Assembly: GCA_014859315.1 (NCBI GenBank)
Contig: JACUUK010000003.1
Location: 1 to 48,710 of the forward strand
DNA: 48,710 nucleotides
Reading direction: 5' to 3'
DNA from: Candidatus Aminicenantes bacterium
Lineage (GTDB): Bacteria; Acidobacteriota; Aminicenantia; Aminicenantales; Aminicenantaceae
The position numbers and the translations under genes are program-made. This document shows positions 41,684-48,710 of this stretch, piece by piece (the stretch's first letter is position 1; each line of letters begins with the position of its first letter). The notes beneath the pieces were generated by a model. The model had not been told where the DNA came from. It did no database searches and was given only the letters and a program-made list of their open reading frames with translations.

Positions 41684-42901
41684 TTATTCGTAACGCAATG
41701 CTTCAATTGGATCTAATTTTGAGGCCTTTCGTGCTGGGTAAAAGCCAAAAAACACTCCTACTGACCCAGAAAAAAGAAAAGCTAAGGCCACAGAACCAAG
41801 AGTAACAATTGTTTGCCATCCAGCGAAATGAGATATTAATTTGGAGGCGAAAATTCCTACTGCAATACCGATTAATCCTCCTAATACGCTTAAGACTATA
41901 GCTTCAGTCAAGAATTGACGAAGAATATCTTTTTCGCGTGCTCCAACAGACATTCTGATTCCGATTTCACGAATTCGCTCAGTCACAGAGACCAACATGA
42001 TATTCATAATCCCGATTCCCCCCACAAGCAAAGAGACAGATGCTATTCCTCCAAGAAGATAAGTCAAAATTCGGCTGGATTCTGCTGCTCCTTCGGCAAT
42101 CTCAGACATATTCCTTATGTTGAAATCGTCCTCTGCTTCTGGAGCAATCCTATGCCTGATTCTAAGAAGTTCTTCGATTTGTTCTTTGGCATTGAGTGTC
42201 TTTACTGCAGAGACAGCAGAAACATCTATAGATTGAACATGAGTGATGCCAAGTATTCTTTTCTGTGCTGTTGTGTATGGTATGACAATCACATCGTCGC
42301 GGTTGAACCATCCTCCTGATTCTCCCTTTGACTCCAAGACTCCAATCACACGAAATGGAATTTTTTTAATTCTTATGACTTGTCCGATGGGGTATTCTCC
42401 TTCAAAGAGGTTATCCTTTACTTCACTGCCCAAAACACACACTTTAGCAGCCATTTTTACTAAGTTTTCATCAAAGAAAACGCCCTCTTCTACAGGCCAG
42501 TTTCTGATTTCCGGGTAATAGGCGCCAACGCCCTGAATAGAGGTATTCCAGTTTTTATTCTGATACACTGTTTGGACTCTTCCTGAAACAGAAGGAGAGA
42601 CATATTTGACAGCATCACATTTTTCTAAGATAGCTTTTGCATCTTCGGGATTAAGCGTGTTAAATGTTCCTGAGCCACCGTGTCGGCCACGAACAGACAT
42701 ACTACCTGGACGGACAAAAAGCAGGTTTGTTCCCATTGAGTTAAACCTGTCTTCGACTGCCTTTTTTGCTCCTTGGCCGATACTTATCATTGAAATTACG
42801 GCTCCCACACCGATGATGATCCCAAGTGCAGTTAGAAAAGAGCGCATTTTATTACGGCTTAACGCCCTTAAAGCAACTCTAATGGTGTTTAATATTTTCA
42901 T
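41684..42901 (-). CDS. MacB-like ABC transporter permease
   Basis: RSFLTALGIIIGV, LLVGGIGIMNIMLVSVTERIREIGIR, QFLTEA, DPIEALRYE. Confidence 0.95.
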   Translation of the reverse strand: MKILNTIRVALRALSRNKMRSFLTALGIIIGVGAVISMISIGQGAKKAVEDRFNSMGTNLLFVRPGSMSVRGRHGGSGTFNTLNPEDAKAILEKCDAVKYVSPSVSGRVQTVYQNKNWNTSIQGVGAYYPEIRNWPVEEGVFFDENLVKMAAKVCVLGSEVKDNLFEGEYPIGQVIRIKKIPFRVIGVLESKGESGGWFNRDDVIVIPYTTAQKRILGITHVQSIDVSAVSAVKTLNAKEQIEELLRIRHRIAPEAEDDFNIRNMSEIAEGAAESSRILTYLLGGIASVSLLVGGIGIMNIMLVSVTERIREIGIRMSVGAREKDILRQFLTEAIVLSVLGGLIGIAVGIFASKLISHFAGWQTIVTLGSVALAFLFSGSVGVFFGFYPARKASKLDPIEALRYE

Positions 42902-42919
42902 TTTTACTCCTCCTCTCTA

Positions 42920-43639
42920 TCACAATAATGGACGTTCTTCAGCGGCTTCTTGTTTCACAATAAGCCCATCTCTGATGTATATTTTTTTGTGAGCAATATT
43001 AGCAATATCTGGATCGTGTGTAACTAAAATCATTGTGATATTTTTATCTTTGTTTAATGCCTGGAAAAGGTAAATGATTTCTGCTCCAGTTTTTGTGTCC
43101 AGGTTTCCTGTGGGCTCATCCGCCAAAATAAGAGAAGGATTATTAACTAAAGCCCTCGCAATTGCTACTCTTTGTTGTTCACCACCTGACAGTTGATTTG
43201 TGTTATGAAGTTCACGTCCATTAAGGCCCACCATTGAAAGAGCTTCCATGGCTTTGTCCCTTGCCTTTTTTGAAGGAACATTCGAGTACAGAAGAGGGAG
43301 TTCCGTATTTTCTAAAGCTGTGGTTCGGGAAAGGAGGTTAAAGCTCTGGAAAACAAAGCCGATTTTCTTATTGCGTATCCGGGCTAATCTGCTTTTTTCA
43401 AGAGAAGAGACTTCCACCCCTTCCAAAATGTATTTTCCACTTGTTGGCTTATCCAGGCAGCCGATGATGTTCATTAATGTCGACTTTCCAGAACCTGAAG
43501 GCCCCATGATAGCAACTAAATCCCCCTGTTGAATTTGTAAAGAAATACCGCGGAGTGCTCGAACTTCTGTCTCGCCAACCTGGTACGTCCTTGCTATGTT
43601 TTCTAATTTAATGAGATTGTTATTTTCCATTGTTCGCAT
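42920..43639 (-). CDS. MacB/LolD-like ABC ATPase
   Basis: [37 protein letters not shown]. Confidence 0.96.
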   Translation of the reverse strand: MRTMENNNLIKLENIARTYQVGETEVRALRGISLQIQQGDLVAIMGPSGSGKSTLMNIIGCLDKPTSGKYILEGVEVSSLEKSRLARIRNKKIGFVFQSFNLLSRTTALENTELPLLYSNVPSKKARDKAMEALSMVGLNGRELHNTNQLSGGEQQRVAIARALVNNPSLILADEPTGNLDTKTGAEIIYLFQALNKDKNITMILVTHDPDIANIAHKKIYIRDGLIVKQEAAEERPLL

Positions 43640-43680
43640 TTTCCTTTTCTAAGAGTGGTTTTTATTAGATATACCTTGCT

Positions 43681-45030
43681 TCATCGCCTAATTGACATGA
43701 ATCCTGCTCCTGGACGAGGGCCTGATGAACTGTTCTGACTCTTCCCAGTGGATTCACCAAGGATGACTTCCTGGCCTTCCTTCAAGTCTCCCCAAATTAC
43801 TTCTGTATAACTGTTATCAGTCACCCCAGTTTTTATTGTCACAGGTTGAAGTTTTCCTTTTTCATCCTCTATCCATACAAGAGAAAAAGCCCGTTTTCCT
43901 TTTCCCTGCATCATAAATGAACTTTGGCCGGAAGATTGGCGGTTTTCTGTCGCTAGCCTTTGTGGTCTATTGCTGTCTGGGCTTCCTTCTTGTGACATTC
44001 TTGTGGATTGCCGGCCTTCGCCCTGGCTGGCCCTCATTTGTTGGAACAGGGTTTTCATCTCTTCAGGAGAAAGAGAAGGGGTAAATCTGAGGGCTGCATT
44101 AGGAACGCGTAACACATTTTTTGCTTCGCCACTGATAATAGAGACCATGGCTGTCATCCCAGGACGCAACTTCATTTCAGGATTTACGACGTCAACAATC
44201 GTTGTGTAAGTCACAACATTTTGAATCACTTCAGGAGAGTATCTAACCTGTGAAACTTTCCCTGTGAAGAGTTCATCTGGGAAAGCATCAACGGTAAATC
44301 GGACTTTTTGGCCTTCCTTTACTCTTCCAATATCGGCCTCATCCACACTGCATTCAACTTGCATTTTGCTCAAATCGTTTGCGATTTGAAAGAGCACTGG
44401 AGCTTGAAAGCTGGCAGCTACTGTTTGTCCCACGTTGAAGTTACGGTTAATCACCATTCCGTCTATAGGGGATTTAATGATTGTATATGTAAGGTCGACT
44501 TTGCTGGAGTCCAGTTGAGACTTTGCTTGTTCCAGTCTGGCTTCAGCTGATTGAAGATCTGCCAACGAACTATAATATTGAACTTCTGCAGTTTCTTTTT
44601 CTTCGTATGAAATTAAGTCCTTTTCAAAAAGGTTTAAGGCACGATCATATTTCCTTTTTGTGTTCGCAAGTGTTAACTTCGCCTTCTCAAGGGCGGCTTT
44701 AGAGCTTCGATAGTTTGCTTCATTCTGATTTACTTTGGTTAGAAAGAGTGATTGGTCGAGCTCGGCAAGAACCTGGCCTTTTTTAACATGAGAATTAAAG
44801 TCAACATAAAGATTAGAAACCCTGCCCGAGACCTGGCTTCCCACATCCACGATAGTTACCGGGTTAAGAGTTCCAGATGTCACAACGATAGCCTCGATGT
44901 CACCTTTTTTTAATGCTTCTTTTTTATATGCCTTGCCAGTATTATTCTTTTTGTTAAAAAAGGTGATGCTGAAGATAATACCTACAATTACAATAAAGAT
45001 GAAAGCACCGATGATGATTTTCTTTTTCAT
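43681..45030 (-). CDS. MacA-like periplasmic adaptor (membrane fusion protein)
   Basis: VGSQVSG, IKSPIDG, GQTVAASFQAP, VDEADIG, LRPGMTA. Confidence 0.94.
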   Translation of the reverse strand: MKKKIIIGAFIFIVIVGIIFSITFFNKKNNTGKAYKKEALKKGDIEAIVVTSGTLNPVTIVDVGSQVSGRVSNLYVDFNSHVKKGQVLAELDQSLFLTKVNQNEANYRSSKAALEKAKLTLANTKRKYDRALNLFEKDLISYEEKETAEVQYYSSLADLQSAEARLEQAKSQLDSSKVDLTYTIIKSPIDGMVINRNFNVGQTVAASFQAPVLFQIANDLSKMQVECSVDEADIGRVKEGQKVRFTVDAFPDELFTGKVSQVRYSPEVIQNVVTYTTIVDVVNPEMKLRPGMTAMVSIISGEAKNVLRVPNAALRFTPSLSPEEMKTLFQQMRASQGEGRQSTRMSQEGSPDSNRPQRLATENRQSSGQSSFMMQGKGKRAFSLVWIEDEKGKLQPVTIKTGVTDNSYTEVIWGDLKEGQEVILGESTGKSQNSSSGPRPGAGFMSIRR

Positions 45031-45467
45031 TTTTCTTCTCCTTTAGTGTTTCTATTTTTACCGGAGCCATTTTTTCTGTCTCCCCTTTCTCTTTTCATCT
45101 GAGAGAGATGATGTTCAATCATGGCTTCGAATTTAACTTTTTGTTCTTCAGTGAGAACAAAGTTGATTTCTTTTTTCAACTGCATTCGGATGGATGAAAG
45201 CTGTTCATGGATTTGCTTTCTCAAGGACTTCAGCCGTTCGTCGTTGTTTTTGAAGATTTCTCTGATGTCGTCTTCTTGTTCTGAAGAAAGATTTAATTCT
45301 TTAGCCATTGTTTCCAAGGTTGGGAAACGGGCTGGGCTTTTTCTTCTTTCTTTTCGCTCTATTTTCTGGGACAAATATTGTTTCTCTAATAGTACACCTC
45401 CAACTATCCCAGCAGAGAAGACAACGATAAAAGAAAACACTATCCAGAATTTATAATGATTTTTCAT
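45027..45467 (-). CDS. Spy/CpxP-like periplasmic helical protein
   Basis: N-terminal TM/signal; LNLSSEQ and VLTEEQ LTxxQ-type motifs. Confidence 0.7.
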   Translation of the reverse strand: MKNHYKFWIVFSFIVVFSAGIVGGVLLEKQYLSQKIERKERRKSPARFPTLETMAKELNLSSEQEDDIREIFKNNDERLKSLRKQIHEQLSSIRMQLKKEINFVLTEEQKVKFEAMIEHHLSQMKRERGDRKNGSGKNRNTKGEEK

Positions 45468-45958
45468 GGGAAATATCTCCTTACGCTGGCATCCCTATCC
45501 AATGCAGTAAAGATAAGACGCATGTTTTTGTTTTCCACCCCTTGTTCATCTAATAATTCCTGAGATTCCTGAAAAGGGTTGCTATTCTGTAAGAGAAGAA
45601 GTTCTGACTGGCTCAGTTCCTTTTTTTGGAGTGGGGAGAGCAGAATGAATGAAGTGAGAAACATTGTTACTATGAGCATTGAAATGGGAATGGCTTTTAT
45701 GCTCCAATGCTTCCACAAAAGCCAAGGGGCATTCATTTTTTGTTCCTTGATTTTTGTATGGAGGCGGCCCCAAAAATAAGGTAAAGGTTCAGGGAAACTA
45801 GTTTCTCTTAAAGTCTCGAGAATAGAAGCGTATTCTTTTTGTTTTTTTTCACAAGAAGAACACTCTTCAAGATGTTTATCGAGGTCATTTTTTTCTTTAG
45901 GATTCAAACCTCCATCAAAGAATTGAAGGAGAAGCCTTTCAGCTTTTCTGCATTTCAT
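45464..45958 (-). CDS. Zinc-binding anti-sigma factor (zf-HC2), membrane anchored
   Basis: HLEECSSC (HxxxCxxC) plus a single TM; ATG overlaps the sigma stop codon. Confidence 0.88.
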   Translation of the reverse strand: MKCRKAERLLLQFFDGGLNPKEKNDLDKHLEECSSCEKKQKEYASILETLRETSFPEPLPYFWGRLHTKIKEQKMNAPWLLWKHWSIKAIPISMLIVTMFLTSFILLSPLQKKELSQSELLLLQNSNPFQESQELLDEQGVENKNMRLIFTALDRDASVRRYFP

Positions 45959-46524
45959 AATTCTCCTCCTCTCAGGATGGTCAATGATGCTATTTTTTTT
46001 CTAAGCATTTTCCGCGCCCTGTGGAGACGAGAGTCCACAGTCCCAGGAGAGATGTTTAGAATGTCTACAATCTCTCCATAAGAAAATCCTTGGATATCTC
46101 TTAAAGAGAGAATGATTTTGTATTTTCCCGGAAGAGTTTGCAGAGCTTTATGAACCAATTTTTTTCGTTCGTTTTCTATTTGTCTTTTTTCTCTTAGGAT
46201 CATTTCATCTTCTTCATTGGAAGCAATGGCCTGAGTATCTTCGAGTGAAATGAGTTTTATTTTTTTTGTTTTCCTAAAATAATCTTTAACATGGTTCACG
46301 GTAATCTGGTAGAGCCAGGTTCCAAGGCTTGATTTGAATTTGAATTTGCGGAGAGCCATATACGCCTTTAGGAACACTTCTTGGGCTATATCATCTGCAT
46401 TCGTGCGATCTTGTGTAATACTGAACGCCAATTGAAACACCTTCCTTTGATATTTTTTGACGAGAGCCTCAAACGCCTCGTCATTGCCTTGCTGGCTTAA
46501 CCGAATAAGCTCTTTCTCTTCCAT
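45955..46524 (-). CDS. ECF RNA polymerase sigma factor
   Basis: Region 2 DIAQEVFLKAY...TWLYQI; region 4 SYGEI...GTVDSRLHRAR. Confidence 0.95.
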   Translation of the reverse strand: MEEKELIRLSQQGNDEAFEALVKKYQRKVFQLAFSITQDRTNADDIAQEVFLKAYMALRKFKFKSSLGTWLYQITVNHVKDYFRKTKKIKLISLEDTQAIASNEEDEMILREKRQIENERKKLVHKALQTLPGKYKIILSLRDIQGFSYGEIVDILNISPGTVDSRLHRARKMLRKKIASLTILRGGEL

Positions 46525-46556
46525 GTAACATCAATTCATCTCTCCTCCGAACATTA

Positions 46557-46587
46557 TTTAGACGGAGAAGAGAAAGGAATCTTCCAT
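46557..46587 (-). promoter_or_regulatory. Putative autoregulatory ECF promoter
   Basis: Minus strand ATGGAAG-N16-CGTCTAAA, 32 nt upstream of the sigma ATG. Confidence 0.7.
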
Positions 46588-46666
46588 TTAATTCTGTAAA
46601 CGCAAAGTTTGTCCATTCTGATTCATTTTAAGGGAAAATTCCTTTTCATTAAAGATATATTTCTTA

Positions 46667-47044
46667 TTAATCTCCTTTTTTTACGGCGGTCCATTCCACA
46701 ATCCGACCAGGGCCGAATTGGGCTTCACCCGTCATTTTCTCCCCATCTACTGTTCCTTTATAGGTAGTCGTCATTTCTCCTCTTGGGGTGCTTCGTGTTA
46801 CAGACCATTCAACTTTATTTTCTTTTACAGTCCCTTCCCCAGTAATCTCATCACCCCTTGGGCCTTTCATGGTGACTGCTAAGTCTTCTCCTTCCTGGAG
46901 GAAGTGAACTTTCCAGGTCATTTCGCCGCGTGGAGTCTCGATTGTGAGCTCCCAGTCGCCTGTTACATTGACTTCCTGGGCGTTTAAGGCAATAACCAGG
47001 CAAGCGAAAATCAAGATGAGTAAAGCGGTTCTTATGTTTCTCAT
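46667..47044 (-). CDS. Small exported beta-rich hypothetical protein
   Basis: Signal peptide ending LNA-Q, VTGDWELTIETPRG, three xPRG turns, RBS AGGAGG. Confidence 0.8.
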   Translation of the reverse strand: MRNIRTALLILIFACLVIALNAQEVNVTGDWELTIETPRGEMTWKVHFLQEGEDLAVTMKGPRGDEITGEGTVKENKVEWSVTRSTPRGEMTTTYKGTVDGEKMTGEAQFGPGRIVEWTAVKKGD

Positions 47045-47081
47045 GTGTGCCTCCTAAAATAAATTTATTTTTAATCATTTT

Positions 47082-47113
47082 TTTAGACGTCAATAATGAA
47101 TTTTTTCTTCCAT
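47082..47113 (-). promoter_or_regulatory. Second copy of the ECF promoter motif
   Basis: Minus strand ATGGAAG-N17-CGTCTAAA upstream of the 125-aa exported protein. Confidence 0.7.
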
Positions 47114-47184
47114 ATTGCGTGGGTCGTGATAAGAAAATATTTTTTTTGATGTCTCAATACATGCTTTGCCCACACAATATGGAA
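47108..47184. repeat. 16-bp inverted repeat with a 45-bp spacer
   Basis: TTCCATATTGCGTGGG (47108-47123) and CCCACACAATATGGAA (47169-47184), one mismatch. Confidence 0.75.
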
Positions 47185-47238
47185 TAGAAACATTATGTGA
47201 TATTTTGGCCGTCTTTTACGTCTTCTATATAGACTGCA

Positions 47239-47985
47239 ATGAGCGCATCATCCAAAAAAAATCCTTTCACGGGAGCGGGCAGACGAGGGCATAGAAGGAG
47301 GCTTAGAGAAAAGTTTTTAAAAGGGGGTATTGAGGCGTTTTTGGACTACGAAATTATTGAACTGCTTCTAACGTTAGGGACGCCACGCCAGGATTGCAAG
47401 ACACAAGCAAAAGAGGCACTAAAAAGGTTTAAGACGCTTCGCGGAGTTTTAGAAGCAGAATTCAATGAGCTTCAAGAAATAAATGGAATCGGCCCCCACA
47501 ATGTCTTTGGCATCAAGTTTGTTCAGGAAGTCTCGCGACGGTTCTTGAAAGACAAAATGATAAGCCAGCCTTTATGCCATTCTTCCAAAGATGTTTTTGA
47601 TTACCTTTATCACGTGCTCAGGGATTCGAAAAAGGAGAAATTTAAGGTTCTTTTTTTGAATGCAAAAAACAGGATTCTTGAAGAAAGAACTCTTTTTGAA
47701 GGCACAGTAGATTCCAGTGTCGTTTATCCCAGAGAAATCATGGAAAAGGCCTTAAAGCATGGAGCTTCCTCTCTAATCTTTGTACACAATCACCCTTCTG
47801 GTGACCCGATGCCTTCTGAGAGTGACAAAGATATCACAAAGGAACTGATTTTTGCAGCACATATTATGCAGATAAAAGTATTGGATCACATCATAATCGG
47901 GAACAATTGCTATTTTAGCTTTGCAGATAAGGGGTTGATTGATGACTATGAGTCGATTTTTTATAATTTCAAGAAAGGGATATAA
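47239..47985 (+). CDS. radC: RadC/UPF0758 JAB-domain protein
   Basis: GHRRRLR, HhH GIG, VYPRE, HNHPSGDPMPSESD, LDHIIIG. Confidence 0.95.
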   Translation: MSASSKKNPFTGAGRRGHRRRLREKFLKGGIEAFLDYEIIELLLTLGTPRQDCKTQAKEALKRFKTLRGVLEAEFNELQEINGIGPHNVFGIKFVQEVSRRFLKDKMISQPLCHSSKDVFDYLYHVLRDSKKEKFKVLFLNAKNRILEERTLFEGTVDSSVVYPREIMEKALKHGASSLIFVHNHPSGDPMPSESDKDITKELIFAAHIMQIKVLDHIIIGNNCYFSFADKGLIDDYESIFYNFKKGI

Positions 47986-48051
47986 GCCAATAAATTGATA
48001 TTGTTTGTAAAATATTACCATCGAGGGTAAACTTTCGCTAAGGAGGTTAAT

Positions 48052-48710
48052 ATGGACAGTGATAGAGAGATTGCACAAAGAGTGAAACCCAAGTCTATCT
48101 TAGAGATAGCAGAGAAAATAGGAATACCGCCGCAAAATCTTGAGATATATGGGAATAATAAAGCTAAGGTCATCCCTTCATGGATTCAAAGCAACAAGAA
48201 TTCAATAGGAAAGCTGATTATGGTGACAGCAATGAGCCCAACTCCAGCAGGAGAAGGAAAGACTACGACATCTATTGGCCTGGCCGATGCTCTGAACCGA
48301 ACAGGACGAAAAGCTGTAGCAGCTTTAAGAGAGCCATCACTTGGGCCAGTATTTGGAATGAAAGGCGGGGCAACAGGAGGAGGGTATGCTCAAATCGTCC
48401 CCAGTGAAGAAATAAACCTTCATTTTACAGGAGATATTCATGCTGTTACTTCTGCCCATAACCTTCTGGCTGCCATGGTGGACAATAGACTTCATTTTGA
48501 TGGAGCCTGCGGCCTCCTGGATTGCCGCCGTATATCATGGAAACGTGTGATTGATATGGATGACCGTATATTACGGGATGTTGTTGTGGGGATAGGCGGG
48601 CCGCTTCGTGGGATTGCTCGTGAAACTGGCTTTGATATAACTGCCGCCTCTGAAGTCATGGCGATTTTATGTTTGGCGACAGACATGAAAGATTTGAAGG
48701 AGAGATGCGG
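48052..48710 (+). CDS. fhs: Formate--tetrahydrofolate ligase (N-terminal part, truncated by the window end; not in the ORF track)
   Basis: Manual translation MDSDREIAQ...[19 protein letters not shown]...[23 protein letters not shown]...[11 protein letters not shown]...[11 protein letters not shown]; RBS AAGGAGG. Confidence 0.96.
   Translation, partial: MDSDREIAQRVKPKSILEIAEKIGIPPQNLEIYGNNKAKVIPSWIQSNKNSIGKLIMVTAMSPTPAGEGKTTTSIGLADALNRTGRKAVAALREPSLGPVFGMKGGATGGGYAQIVPSEEINLHFTGDIHAVTSAHNLLAAMVDNRLHFDGACGLLDCRRISWKRVIDMDDRILRDVVVGIGGPLRGIARETGFDITAASEVMAILCLATDMKDLKERC

Noticed and set aside
47239-47985. radC as a marker of a mobile element
   Set aside because: It is the full-length chromosomal type, with no integrase, att sites or cargo genes nearby
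48180-48686. ORFs 48180-48407 (+) and 48492-48686 (-)
   Set aside because: Shadow frames of the fhs gene starting at 48052

Overview
A 48.7-kb AT-rich bacterial chromosome segment made mostly of core genes. Gene content and style suggest a diderm, LPS-making anaerobe, possibly Aminicenantes/Acidobacteriota-like (inference). Left to right: a probable group II intron 5' end at the window edge; accA-hisS-aspS; a heterodimeric M16 peptidase pair; an alanine-racemase-family gene paired with an amidinotransferase; a secreted GH2 beta-galactosidase and an uncharacterised beta-barrel protein; a long minus-strand run (rpmH-rnpA-yidD-yidC-jag-mnmE-mnmG-parA-parB-bactofilin-kdsB-kdsA-kdsD-kdsC-PMM/PGM-uppP-manC) with a perfect parS site but no adjacent dnaA, rsmG or pyrG; carD-CNNM-smpB; an Hfq-like gene with pdxA; an orphan sarcosine-oxidase-beta-like oxidase; a PlsY paralog with a GT2 glycosyltransferase; an SGNH lipoprotein; a DUF5916-like gene with a stop codon inside its signal peptide; an ECF sigma/anti-sigma/Spy-like/MacAB-TolC module with a repeated ECF promoter motif; radC; and the start of fhs. 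All calls come from motif reading; no database searches were run.
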